From a virus: 64,000 nt of DNA. Location of the stretch: the UHGV virus genome UHGV-0179428, one strand, 5' to 3'. Numbering within the stretch: position 1 is the stretch's first letter; each line of letters opens with the position of its first letter. Under the pieces are notes generated by a model. It saw only the letters and a program-made list of their open reading frames with translations. It did no database searches and was not told the DNA's origin. Position numbers and translations under genes: made by a program. Positions 9,883 to 19,176 of the stretch are shown piece after piece.

Positions 9883-10791
9883 TTACTGGTTGTTTATCGG
9901 TTTGGTGTTTTGGTTAAGTAATGTGTCGTATGCCATGATAAAAGCGTCTTTACGTTTTGCCACGTCACATTTCTTAATTAGTCCACCTAAACGGGAGCGG
10001 TTAAATATCACGTTCTCTAAGCAAGTGCGGGTAATAACAAAGAGAGACGGCGGATATTCGATGGCGCTGGTAACAAGTTGACGGTCGTAGCTAATAAAGC
10101 TACCCAAGCTCGTTGCCAGCATACCTTGCAAACTTACTACGCTGAGATCTTTTAAGCGTGCGGTAATGTCTGCAGCTTTTACCATCTCGACAAATTCACC
10201 GATATTGCGTGGGAACAGGAACTCTGTGTTTCCGGTAACAGTTTCAAAAATCTGTGGTCCGAGGCGAAGTTCACGTTCTAACTGCTGCTGCATTCTTAAC
10301 ATTTTAACTTCATCTTCGAAGTTGTTGTAGAACTGTCCTACGGAGAACAGGGCAGCGAGTGCCTTGACTTGACCACTTTGATATGGAGCAAGTGCGTAGG
10401 TGTGTTCAATTGCATCGCTAATCCACCTGCTGAAGATCTCATGGTGATAAGACATACGTGACATTAATGCACCGAGCTTATCATTGTTCCGTTTCCACAC
10501 TAATTCCCAACGTGCTTCGTCGAGACGTAATTGGTGCTCAATGGGGTTACGGATTTTCAGTACGCCGTTTTTATCGAGCGTAGTGAAAGTTCGTGCGTCA
10601 ACGTACACGTCATCACCGATGACGATCGGTAACGGGAACGGTTTTACATCGGCGGTTTCGATAACGTAATGTACTTCGTCAGACTGTGCAACAGTCTGAT
10701 TGACTTTACGCGCCAGTTCCAAATCCGCGTGTAAGCGGGTAAGGTCTATGGTATTAAACGGAGTACCGTTGTAAGCGTTTTTGAGTGCCAT
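9883..10791 (-). CDS. hypothetical protein (302 aa)
   Basis: ORF tightly packed after the 838-aa gene. Confidence 0.55.
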   Translation of the reverse strand: MALKNAYNGTPFNTIDLTRLHADLELARKVNQTVAQSDEVHYVIETADVKPFPLPIVIGDDVYVDARTFTTLDKNGVLKIRNPIEHQLRLDEARWELVWKRNNDKLGALMSRMSYHHEIFSRWISDAIEHTYALAPYQSGQVKALAALFSVGQFYNNFEDEVKMLRMQQQLERELRLGPQIFETVTGNTEFLFPRNIGEFVEMVKAADITARLKDLSVVSLQGMLATSLGSFISYDRQLVTSAIEYPPSLFVITRTCLENVIFNRSRLGGLIKKCDVAKRKDAFIMAYDTLLNQNTKPINNQ

Positions 10792-10853
10792 GAGTATGAT
10801 ACCTTAGTATGACCCTTTTTCAAGGTCTTAAAGACTGAATATGGAGACGTTCC

Positions 10854-12911
10854 ATGAGTTTTATTCCACGAAACGGCGCGCCGTTGAATAACAAGCAAGG
10901 GTGGCAGGATAACTCTGTCCCTGAACTTGCCCGGACCCCCACGGGTGATCCGATTCATAAGCCGCTGATCTTCACCTTTGCATCACGCGGGGTAGACGAC
11001 GAGGCGTTCCCGTTATCCGGGGATAATGCATTGTCTCTGCTTGGTCGTGATTTGTTCGACCTGCGTGGCGATTACGCGACGTTCAACACACCCTTCCAGG
11101 CGATGTTTAATGCCAATGGTAACGAGTGTATGTATCAGCGTCTGGTACCGGAAGATGCGAAAGTCGCAGCTATCCGTCTGGTGGCTGACGTCCTCGAAAC
11201 CAAAGTTCCTTCATACGAGCGTGTGAACGGCATTATCCAGTATGAAACTAACGGTAAGCCGAAGAAGAAAGAGGACATTGATGGCTTGAAAGTGGTTTTC
11301 CGTCTGCAAGTTGTCGAAGATGTAAGCACCCTGAAAAAAGGTGTGGTTACTGAAGGGACAATGACTGACGAAACCAGCAGCGCGAAATCAAAGCTCTATC
11401 CGATCTTCGACATTAAAGGCCCGTATGCGGGTGCTGATGTCAACGGTTTCGGTTTTAAACTGGTTCCGCTGAACGAAAAATCCAGCCCATCTATCGCGTC
11501 TGCTTATCAGACTAATGTAGGTGGACGTATGTACGCACTGCAATGGTTTGAAACCTTAGCAGGGGTTACATCGCCGGTAATTTGGAAGACCCTTAAAGGT
11601 CTCAGCAGCATCAATGTTAGCTTCAAGCCCGATGCATACTATCAGCCGATGGCTACTCAACTGGACTTCGAAGTCGTTGTTCCAGATGCCTATCGTCAGA
11701 CGATGCCAGACATCGGTGGTCTGCCGGACTACGGTCCTTTCGAAGAGTTCTACATTTACCGTGAAAACCTGGAAACTGTTCTGAAACTGGCACAGTCTAA
11801 AATTCAGAATGCGAAACCAGCGATTACCGATCCGTATATGGTCGATATCTTCGGCGGTCTGGATTTAACCGGTCAAATGTACGATGGTCTGCAAGTTAGC
11901 CCATCTGATGAAGTGGGTAAAGTTGTCTTTTCTGCTTCTAACATTCACTATCTGCAGGGCGGTAGTGACGGGACGATGGGTAACGATGCTTACGACAAAC
12001 TCGTGCGTCGTGAGATGAGCCAGTTCCCGGACGGCGGTAAAGTCCGTTACGATAACGAGCTGAAATATTCGTTAGGCTGTTTCTGGGACTCCGGCTTTAG
12101 CATGGATACCAAGAAAGTGCTGACCAATTTCATTGGCCGCTCTCGTAACACGTTCTTGACACTCTGTACTCACGTTTATAACGAAGGTCGTAACGACATA
12201 CAAACCGAAGAGAACGTGAAGACAGCGTTGATCGAAATGATTACGTCCGTGCCTGAGTCGTCCTATTACGGTACCCCGGCGTGCCGTGGGATGATTACTG
12301 GCCAGTCTGCTTTCATCCGTAACTCGAGCTACAAGAAACCGGTTCCGATGTGTTATAGCATTGCGAACTTCTTCTCGAAGTATCTCGGTTCCGGTGAAGG
12401 ACGTGCAAAACCGGCGTATCGTTTCAGCCGTGGTGAAGAGACGATCATCGAAGATCTGTACGATTTGAGTATGCCGTGGAAAGGTAACGAGATTTACGCG
12501 TCCGACTGGGATGTGTCCCTGGTTACCGCACGTTCCCGCGACTACTATCGTTTGTTCATCCCAGCTATCCAGTCCATCTATAGCGAAGAACGTTCAGTGC
12601 TGAACAATGCACTGTTTAACTTTATCCTGACTTACGTTTATCGTGTCAGCGATCAGGTTTGGGCAGATATGTCCGGTGAAAGCCGTATGACGGACGACGA
12701 ACGCGCGAAAATGATTGAAAACAAAATCACCGAGCGTTTGGAAGGTCGCCTGGATAATATTGCCGACATTACCCCGAGTGCGTATATGACAGCGGACGAT
12801 AAAGCCAATGGCTACTCTATCACGCTGGACATTAAAGCTGAAGGCGGTGTACTGTTGTCGCAGTTCAACACGACGATCAAAGTTTATCGTCGCAACAGTA
12901 CGGAGGTCTAA
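10854..12911 (+). CDS. candidate tail sheath protein (685 aa)
   Basis: Size and position only: large protein immediately followed by a ~290-aa protein and a strong terminator, as in contractile-tail sheath/tube pairs. No motif confirmed. Confidence 0.4.
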   Translation: MSFIPRNGAPLNNKQGWQDNSVPELARTPTGDPIHKPLIFTFASRGVDDEAFPLSGDNALSLLGRDLFDLRGDYATFNTPFQAMFNANGNECMYQRLVPEDAKVAAIRLVADVLETKVPSYERVNGIIQYETNGKPKKKEDIDGLKVVFRLQVVEDVSTLKKGVVTEGTMTDETSSAKSKLYPIFDIKGPYAGADVNGFGFKLVPLNEKSSPSIASAYQTNVGGRMYALQWFETLAGVTSPVIWKTLKGLSSINVSFKPDAYYQPMATQLDFEVVVPDAYRQTMPDIGGLPDYGPFEEFYIYRENLETVLKLAQSKIQNAKPAITDPYMVDIFGGLDLTGQMYDGLQVSPSDEVGKVVFSASNIHYLQGGSDGTMGNDAYDKLVRREMSQFPDGGKVRYDNELKYSLGCFWDSGFSMDTKKVLTNFIGRSRNTFLTLCTHVYNEGRNDIQTEENVKTALIEMITSVPESSYYGTPACRGMITGQSAFIRNSSYKKPVPMCYSIANFFSKYLGSGEGRAKPAYRFSRGEETIIEDLYDLSMPWKGNEIYASDWDVSLVTARSRDYYRLFIPAIQSIYSEERSVLNNALFNFILTYVYRVSDQVWADMSGESRMTDDERAKMIENKITERLEGRLDNIADITPSAYMTADDKANGYSITLDIKAEGGVLLSQFNTTIKVYRRNSTEV

Positions 12912-12914
12912 TAG

Positions 12915-13790
12915 ATGTCTATCAAAGAACGCATGATTTTACCTGACCAGGGCCTCCACGTCGATGGCGGCCAGTACGATATGGTTAACCCCTTCTCGTC
13001 TGGTCAAAACGGTCCGGTCGGTCAGGTTGGTAAGTTCGTTACCAACGCCCACCGTCTGCGTCGTAACGTAATCGCGCGTGTGATGGAATTCCCTCGTTGG
13101 GTTGATTACATGCCGAACCCACAACTGTGGCGTCAGGCAATCAAATCGTTCATCGAGGTTCACACCACGATTACTGGTCTGGACAAATCCCTGAGTGCTG
13201 AGTACGTACAGACCCAGCAGGGACGTAACAACCGCGTTCAGTACGAAGCTGGACTGGTAACAGAAGCGCTGTCTTCTGTTACACACACGACCCCGGATAA
13301 ACTGGGTAAAGTGTATCAGAACATGCTCTGGGCGTGGTTGGTTTACGGTGTTTGTGATCCGCACACAGGCCACCCTGGTCTGGCGGCAATCAACCCGAAC
13401 GTGCCAGATCACTTGCCGGATATGTACAGCATGACCGTGCTGTATTTCGAACCGGATGCGTATCAGCGTAAACCGCAGAACGCTTGGTGGCTGACGAACA
13501 TGGCTCCTGAGTCTAACGGTCAGGATATCGGTGAACGTGACCCGAACACCGGACCTCAGACCAACGAACTGTCTATCACCTTCACCTCCCAGCAATGGAC
13601 AGGTTGGGGTCCGATGCAGGCAGCTCAGAAAGAACTGGAGCGCATGAAGCTTTACGGTCTGCGTCCTTACGAACGCAAACTGTGGCTTACTCCGTCTCAA
13701 CAGACCAACGGTATCAACCCAGACGTCGATGCTACGGCTGGCGGTTATCGTTCTGTGTCCGACGAGCAGATGGCAAATCAGCTTCGTTAA
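12915..13790 (+). CDS. candidate tail tube protein (291 aa)
   Basis: Immediately downstream of the candidate sheath gene, followed by a strong terminator. Assignment by synteny and size only. Confidence 0.35.
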   Translation: MSIKERMILPDQGLHVDGGQYDMVNPFSSGQNGPVGQVGKFVTNAHRLRRNVIARVMEFPRWVDYMPNPQLWRQAIKSFIEVHTTITGLDKSLSAEYVQTQQGRNNRVQYEAGLVTEALSSVTHTTPDKLGKVYQNMLWAWLVYGVCDPHTGHPGLAAINPNVPDHLPDMYSMTVLYFEPDAYQRKPQNAWWLTNMAPESNGQDIGERDPNTGPQTNELSITFTSQQWTGWGPMQAAQKELERMKLYGLRPYERKLWLTPSQQTNGINPDVDATAGGYRSVSDEQMANQLR

Positions 13791-13791
13791 G

Positions 13792-13850
13792 CAAAAAAAA
13801 ATAAGTTTACCTACCTCCGTCAAGGAGGTAGGTAGCTTTTATTTTTCTTC
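13792..13850. terminator. Bidirectional intrinsic terminator
   Basis: Stem ACCTACCTCC/GGAGGTAGGT (13808-13834) flanked by A9 and T-rich tracts. Confidence 0.75.
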
Positions 13851-14396
13851 TTGCGCCAGTTGTTTACGGGCAGAAGAACGAATAATTAAGTTTTTCATCT
13901 GCATTAACAGCAGGAACGTAGAGAGTAGATCGAACGTGGTGGGTGGTGTGTTGGTGGTGTCGCTGGGATAAGCAACACGCCACAGTGTTAGTTCTGTGTC
14001 ACCGTTTCCTTTTTCGTTACGTATAATTTCGTTGTTGTGCAAGCTAACCAATTCAGATTCCAACGCTTCTAATACATCTTCACCGAACTCAATCCGTAAG
14101 AGCTGTTTGAAACGGATAACGTAACCGGCGACGACATTACCGACTGAACTGCTACGTATTTCGGTTAAGAAACGCTGGTAGCCGTTGATAGTGTGTGGGA
14201 TCGTTTCAGCAGGCCATCCCGCGATGTGTGGAAACGCATCACCTAAAGTGGCTTGCATAGACAACGTAAAGATTTCACCGATCTGGTTAAGATGGCTAAT
14301 GACTTCTGTACGGTTCATGACGTTAGGAAGCGCGACGGCCCGTTCTGTATTCGGCTTTTCTTGAGCCACGGGATAACCATCGAATAAGTTTTGCAT
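13839..14396 (-). CDS. hypothetical protein (185 aa, start adjusted)
   Basis: Start moved to the ATG at 14396 with AGGAG 8 nt upstream; ORF track start at 14417. Confidence 0.5.
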   Translation of the reverse strand: MQNLFDGYPVAQEKPNTERAVALPNVMNRTEVISHLNQIGEIFTLSMQATLGDAFPHIAGWPAETIPHTINGYQRFLTEIRSSSVGNVVAGYVIRFKQLLRIEFGEDVLEALESELVSLHNNEIIRNEKGNGDTELTLWRVAYPSDTTNTPPTTFDLLSTFLLLMQMKNLIIRSSARKQLAQEEK

Positions 14397-14412
14397 TGTT
14401 TTATCTCCTGAA

Positions 14413-14460
14413 ATCAAAAAAAAATAAGGCGGTCATAAGACCGCCCTAGATTTTATTTTC
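14413..14460. terminator. Intrinsic terminator
   Basis: Stem GGCGGTC/GACCGCC (14428-14445) flanked by A- and T-tracts. Confidence 0.65.
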
Positions 14461-14559
14461 TCCGTCGATGGCTCAGGTAAACCAGACCATCAATCGGTCT
14501 AGGTGGTCCTGGCTTCCGAGAAAGAGGTTGTTGCCATTTCGTAGGATTGATTTTCTCTT

Positions 14560-14590
14560 CAGGAACAAAAGCCCGATATAGTCGGGCTCC
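14560..14590 (-). terminator. Intrinsic terminator for gene 14607-15089
   Basis: Minus strand GCCCGA-CTATA-TCGGGC followed by TTTTGTT. Confidence 0.5.
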
Positions 14591-14606
14591 TGAAATAATG
14601 CCGATC

Positions 14607-15089
14607 TTATTCGTCGTCTTCGTCATCGCCTGCCATCATCGCATCGGCAAACACTTTGCGCATTTTCCCTTCCAGCTCTTTTGACTTAGGTACACCGTAA
14701 CCAAAGCCGATAGAAGCTGCCCATTCAGACGCCCCTACTGTTTCCCCAGTTGGACGTGAGAACACCGTAGAGAACGACGCGTTACCAATATTCGTGGTAA
14801 GGTCCAGTGCGACCAGTTCGTCGTCTGCTTTCGCTTTCTCAACGATAAGTTCTGACGCAACCTTACCGTAGACTTCCAGGAAGTTCGCATCGTGTTGACG
14901 AACCGCATCCGCATCCTGTAGCGTCAGACGATAATCGGTGTCGTTCACTTTGATGACTGGAAGTGATTCTTCGTAGATTTTGATTAACGGGTCTGCGTTA
15001 AGTACCGCGCTTTCGTCCAGAGTCATTGCCGGAGTTTCCAGCGCATCGATCATTGCAGCCAGTTCTTTAGTAGACATTACTTGTGCCAT
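14607..15089 (-). CDS. acidic protein (160 aa), C-terminal DDEDDE
   Basis: Single-gene unit with a downstream terminator; acidic composition. Confidence 0.55.
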   Translation of the reverse strand: MAQVMSTKELAAMIDALETPAMTLDESAVLNADPLIKIYEESLPVIKVNDTDYRLTLQDADAVRQHDANFLEVYGKVASELIVEKAKADDELVALDLTTNIGNASFSTVFSRPTGETVGASEWAASIGFGYGVPKSKELEGKMRKVFADAMMAGDDEDDE

Positions 15090-15108
15090 TTGATTTATTC
15101 CTTAAGGT

Positions 15109-15780
15109 TTAGTGTTGTTGAAGACGGCTTTCTAAGCCAGTGATGATTTCGTCGGTGAAATACGCTAAGTCGAGCATTTCAACGTACTCTTGGCGTTCCA
15201 AGATTTCTTTCGCAAACAATGCGTTATACCAATCAGGAACACGTGATTTGCCATTACGACCGAACTTATTTTGCACGTGGTTGATTGCATGGAATTTTGA
15301 ATCGGTAACGGATTTTCCATGGTCACGTGCGTATAAGTAAGAGCGGTGCATGTAATTTTTAACTTCTTCGATGGTAGGGATACCACGATCGGCGGCAGCG
15401 ACAATTTCAGAAACAATGGAATTATAACCACCTTTGTGGGAACTCCGATGTTCTAATACTGCATATGCTACCTCGGTTACATCGTCGGAACTAAGTTTAA
15501 AGCGACGTCTGAGAATAGGTGCAGAATCAAGCACGTAATTGAATGCTTTGATGTGGTGAGAAGCACGGTCAGCAGGTGTGGAGAAAATATCGTGCGCTGC
15601 CACAGCAACCAGAACATTCTTTAAGTGTTGAGTTTCGTTCAACAGGTAAGCGATACGAACAGCGTTCGACTTCACAGAAAGAATGTGGTCTAGTCGATGT
15701 GCGCTATCGGTATAGCGATAGAAATCGCGGAAGTGGCTAAGTACACGTTCCCAGAATTTATTAATTTCAGTAGCTTCCAT
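15109..15780 (-). CDS. HD-domain phosphohydrolase
   Basis: H...HD...H...H...D order: AHRLDH, AAHDIF, SHHIK, EHRSSH, AAADR. Confidence 0.55.
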   Translation of the reverse strand: MEATEINKFWERVLSHFRDFYRYTDSAHRLDHILSVKSNAVRIAYLLNETQHLKNVLVAVAAHDIFSTPADRASHHIKAFNYVLDSAPILRRRFKLSSDDVTEVAYAVLEHRSSHKGGYNSIVSEIVAAADRGIPTIEEVKNYMHRSYLYARDHGKSVTDSKFHAINHVQNKFGRNGKSRVPDWYNALFAKEILERQEYVEMLDLAYFTDEIITGLESRLQQH

Positions 15781-15801
15781 TGATATTACCTTACAAGTCG
15801 A

Positions 15802-16227
15802 TTAAGAGAATGTGAACTGACAACGTGCCAACAGAATACGATGGTTTTTCCAATCGTCAGGTTCTTGGATAATGTTTCGATAAAGGATATGGTCAGCGCT
15901 TACTACCCTTGCAAGCTCTTGCACCATATCCGGGAGCGTAGGTGCTTTTAGCCGATGCGCTTCACGCCACTTAGGAGACGCCATACGGCACAGAAACGCA
16001 TCTTTAGGTACGATGGTATTGCTTTCCTCTTTTAACGTCTCTAAATGCGCCTCAACGCGTTTTACGTGACACTCGAGCGCTTGAGGGTCTGTTACGAAAG
16101 TATAGAATCTGTCATCGCGGCGTAAACTACACAGAATCCATAAGGTGAAGGGGTCACGACAAACATCAATGAATTGTTCTGACCAGACCATGAGCCGCAT
16201 CTCCCTGAGCGTTACCTGCAAGTTCAA
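15802..16227 (-). CDS. hypothetical protein (start uncertain)
   Basis: First codon in the track is TTG; likely ATG start near 16191 with GGGAG RBS. Confidence 0.4.
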   Translation of the reverse strand: MNLQVTLREMRLMVWSEQFIDVCRDPFTLWILCSLRRDDRFYTFVTDPQALECHVKRVEAHLETLKEESNTIVPKDAFLCRMASPKWREAHRLKAPTLPDMVQELARVVSADHILYRNIIQEPDDWKNHRILLARCQFTFS

Positions 16228-16417
16228 TTGTTACTATATCGATATTAATCATGGCTGCACGTAAGACAATTGCTAATACCTCACGGTCAGATTCATCCAG
16301 TTTAGCCCAAAGTTTTTTATCCGCTTTTACTTGCGGTATTAGTTTTTCAATTGATAAATTAATGTATTCGGACAATGGGTGTGCTTTTCTCCATTTTTTC
16401 GTCTCTAAGCGTTTCAA
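16166..16417 (-). CDS. hypothetical small ORF (83 aa), non-ATG start
   Basis: Overlaps both neighbours by ~60 nt; begins with TTG; possible frameshift product or artefact. Confidence 0.25.
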   Translation of the reverse strand: MKRLETKKWRKAHPLSEYINLSIEKLIPQVKADKKLWAKLDESDREVLAIVLRAAMINIDIVTIELAGNAQGDAAHGLVRTIH

Positions 16418-16592
16418 CCAATGCTTTCATGTTGCCTGGGAATTCCAGGATTTCTTTTTCTAAATACATAGAGCTTTGCTCGCGCAAGTATGCTTCATCG
16501 ATGAGGAGACGGTTTAAATCTTCAGCAACACTTGCTGCTCTGACAGCGACCATCATCGCAACAAACGGGTCTTTAAATAATTCGCTTTTCAT
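16359..16592 (-). CDS. hypothetical protein (77 aa)
   Basis: ATG with AAAGGAG RBS. Confidence 0.5.
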   Translation of the reverse strand: MKSELFKDPFVAMMVAVRAASVAEDLNRLLIDEAYLREQSSMYLEKEILEFPGNMKALVETLRDEKMEKSTPIVRIH

Positions 16593-16692
16593 TCTTAATA
16601 CTCCTTTAGGTTAAACAGTCGAATAGCGTGTAATTCTACAACGCTCACCTAAGTAAAATATATCTAAGATAATTTTCAATAGGGTTAAAATA

Positions 16693-16730
16693 AAGGTGGG
16701 CTAGTCTATTCGATGAATAGACTAGCCGAA
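16693..16730 (-). terminator. Intrinsic terminator
   Basis: Stem GGCTAGTCTATTC/GAATAGACTAGCC (16699-16727), then T-rich tract on the minus strand. Confidence 0.65.
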
Positions 16731-16735
16731 TGGTT

Positions 16736-17287
16736 TTACTGCACGCACAAAATCTGACCTGAGTATTCGAAGGGATTTTCTGCGAATGTTCTGAGTTGTC
16801 GGCAAATGGCGTCAACGTCAGGTTCATCCGTCCGCGTATAGATCGCGGTCCCGTTCTTTAACACCCACTCACGGCAATTCCGGCCATAGTCATCCACTAA
16901 CAATCTCCCCTTATCAGCGTAAGTCGCTTTTTCTGCAGAGTTTGTGGTTACGATAACTTTGTGACCAGGCACACCAAAGTGTTTCTCGAAGAATAATTTT
17001 TTACACTCAACAACACGGTCGTGATCGAAATGGTCTTCCGAACCCGACGTTAATATCGCCCAGCATTCCCCCAGACTTTCTACCGTTTCGAGGATTTTTG
17101 CAGCCTCGGGTATAGGGTCTAGTTTATAGAAAAGATCCGGGTCCTTTAAATACATTTCCCGGACCAGTGCACGGCGGTGCAATTCCGGCATTCCATGAAA
17201 TTCTTGTATGGACATTCCTTGAAAGTGGTGGGTCAGCACGTATTTACGCCAACTCGCGAACACGCCGTCACTATCTAAATTGAACAT
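16736..17287 (-). CDS. HAD-family 5'(3')-deoxyribonucleotidase-like protein
   Basis: N-terminal MFNLDSDGVFASW matches HAD motif I (DxDGV) as in dNMP nucleotidases. Confidence 0.5.
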   Translation of the reverse strand: MFNLDSDGVFASWRKYVLTHHFQGMSIQEFHGMPELHRRALVREMYLKDPDLFYKLDPIPEAAKILETVESLGECWAILTSGSEDHFDHDRVVECKKLFFEKHFGVPGHKVIVTTNSAEKATYADKGRLLVDDYGRNCREWVLKNGTAIYTRTDEPDVDAICRQLRTFAENPFEYSGQILCVQ

Positions 17288-17353
17288 TTTTGATTATCCT
17301 TTTTGTAGAAGTTCCTCCGACACAATAACGGTAGAAATCGTAAAATAAAAAAA

Positions 17354-17653
17354 TTAAGACTGCTTAATCGAAAGAATGAACCGAAACGGTTCAGTTAACA
17401 AGAGGTAAGTACGTGTAAAGTCGATTTCGGTACCGGCTTGACGCACATCGCAATAAAATTTCGCGATATCTTGTTGTGAAATACCTGCGACAATGTTGTT
17501 GACTTTACGTTTGGTGTCAAAACGTTCAGCGAGTATCGAAGAAAGCACTTCCTTTCCAGCCCGCTCTTGAACGGCATAGATTGTTAGTGCTTTCAATTCC
17601 TCAGGCGTTAAAGTTTGCAAAGTCGGAGGTATGGCAATGTTAACCACTTTCAT
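17354..17653 (-). CDS. hypothetical protein (99 aa)
   Basis: ORF only. Confidence 0.45.
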   Translation of the reverse strand: MKVVNIAIPPTLQTLTPEELKALTIYAVQERAGKEVLSSILAERFDTKRKVNNIVAGISQQDIAKFYCDVRQAGTEIDFTRTYLLLTEPFRFILSIKQS

Positions 17654-17702
17654 GCTTCCCTCACAATCGACAAATTCGGGTTGCAGACCATGAACTGGGC
17701 GA

Positions 17703-18341
17703 TTATGGAGTTACAGTGTATTCGTTTAACGCAGCGTCAAAAATACCCCGAGAGATTTCTTTTGCATCAGAAATCGTAATCTGAGGTTCCCGTTCACTAC
17801 ACGCTACAGTAAGTTCGTAGAATGAACCGCCCTTTAATAGCTGGTTAGCATTCAAACGAACGTCTTGGTTAAGCGCTACTGCTAACGTGTGAGTGTATCC
17901 GTTGTTTGCCAGTCGAACTAAACGCAGTTCACCGACCATACTAGGTTTAATTTCCCAGTTCGATAAGCGGTGAGGAACAATCCACACTTCATTAGCGCGG
18001 TAAGGCTCAGCCGACAGTTCTATCGAGGGCTGGACAACATCACGTTCGTCGAACCCATACAGATAAAAACGTGGCACAGCGGTTGTGGTTTCCGCAGGTG
18101 TAAAGTAACGACGGACACCACGCAGGCAACGTTCTAAATCGACAGAGCAGCAAATACGGGGTACCGTTTTGTCTTCGTCTCTGTAAACGCTATAAGGAAT
18201 CCGAGGCGTGAAAACCGAAATCTTTCGATCGCTGATATGTAACGGGGCGCTATCTAACTTTTTCAAAGAAACTTTCTTTGCGGTGCGCGGCAGTTGTTGC
18301 TCTAACCACTTCACCAACGAAGGTTCAATAGTATCAGCCAT
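17703..18341 (-). CDS. hypothetical protein (212 aa)
   Basis: ORF contiguous with 18342-19145. Confidence 0.5.
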   Translation of the reverse strand: MADTIEPSLVKWLEQQLPRTAKKVSLKKLDSAPLHISDRKISVFTPRIPYSVYRDEDKTVPRICCSVDLERCLRGVRRYFTPAETTTAVPRFYLYGFDERDVVQPSIELSAEPYRANEVWIVPHRLSNWEIKPSMVGELRLVRLANNGYTHTLAVALNQDVRLNANQLLKGGSFYELTVACSEREPQITISDAKEISRGIFDAALNEYTVTP

Positions 18342-19145
18342 TTACCACTTCCCGTTACCTAAACCCATAACACGCAGGTTAGTTTTCTTATTAGCGATGG
18401 CCAGGTACTCCTGCGCTAACGCACGAACTTCACCACGACGAGATTCTGTCGCGATAGTAGACGTAGTGTTAGGATTTCGCAGAATGTCCTCCAGCGCCTG
18501 GAGGGAGACGCGACGATCCAGCAGAACGCGTGTGGATTCTTGAGCCACTTTACTACCGCGTTGAATCGCAGAGTATTTGTTACAAATCTGCAACCCGTCT
18601 TCGATAACCCAGTCAAACGTTACCAGGCGATCCAGGCGACGTGTTTTCACACCACCTACATAACCTTCGCGTACGATTGCACGCAGAGAGAAACACACAT
18701 TCTGGTGTGGGTTTTCGAGCGCTTCTGCTAAGTACGGACCACGTTCACGGTTCGGCTTAATCCAGCCCCAGATTTCCATAACCGGCAACCCGTTACAGGT
18801 TTGGTCGGTTGGAATCACTTCAACTTCACGAATGTGCATACAGACGTTTTTCGTCTCAATCCATTCGTTGCGATCAATCCATTGCGCTTCGGTCATACCA
18901 GGTTCTGGTGCTGGGTGATCTTCTTCCCCGAACAGATTCCCTGCTTTCACTTTACGCATAAAGATATTCGAGCGTTCGAATACGTGCTTAGACTCGTTAT
19001 AGGCGTAAAAAATCCCTTCCGAGTTAAAGATATTCAAAGCACCCAATAGTACGCGGTAATAACCATCCGCGTCTTTCTCCAGTGTGGCTGGAGCGTTAAC
19101 ACCGGCTAACGCTACGCAGTTGTAACGCAGTGTTAAATTGTCCAT
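18342..19145 (-). CDS. hypothetical protein; very tentatively a prohead protease
   Basis: Size and position in the morphogenesis block only; no catalytic motif confirmed. Confidence 0.25.
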   Translation of the reverse strand: MDNLTLRYNCVALAGVNAPATLEKDADGYYRVLLGALNIFNSEGIFYAYNESKHVFERSNIFMRKVKAGNLFGEEDHPAPEPGMTEAQWIDRNEWIETKNVCMHIREVEVIPTDQTCNGLPVMEIWGWIKPNRERGPYLAEALENPHQNVCFSLRAIVREGYVGGVKTRRLDRLVTFDWVIEDGLQICNKYSAIQRGSKVAQESTRVLLDRRVSLQALEDILRNPNTTSTIATESRRGEVRALAQEYLAIANKKTNLRVMGLGNGKW

Positions 19146-19176
19146 TGTTTTCCCCGAGTAAAAGTAAAAGGTAAGA

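Noticed and set aside
12939-13823. 294-aa minus-strand ORF
   Set aside because: Lies entirely antisense to the candidate tail-tube gene (12915-13790) with an Arg/Val/His-rich composition typical of a shadow frame; no RBS.
16645-16827. 60-aa minus-strand ORF
   Set aside because: Spans a terminator hairpin and an AT-rich promoter-like region with no RBS; likely non-coding.
18342-19145. Confident assignment as prohead protease
   Set aside because: Suggested only by size and position in the morphogenesis block; I could not identify a catalytic His/Ser pair in a recognisable context, so it stays a low-confidence note.
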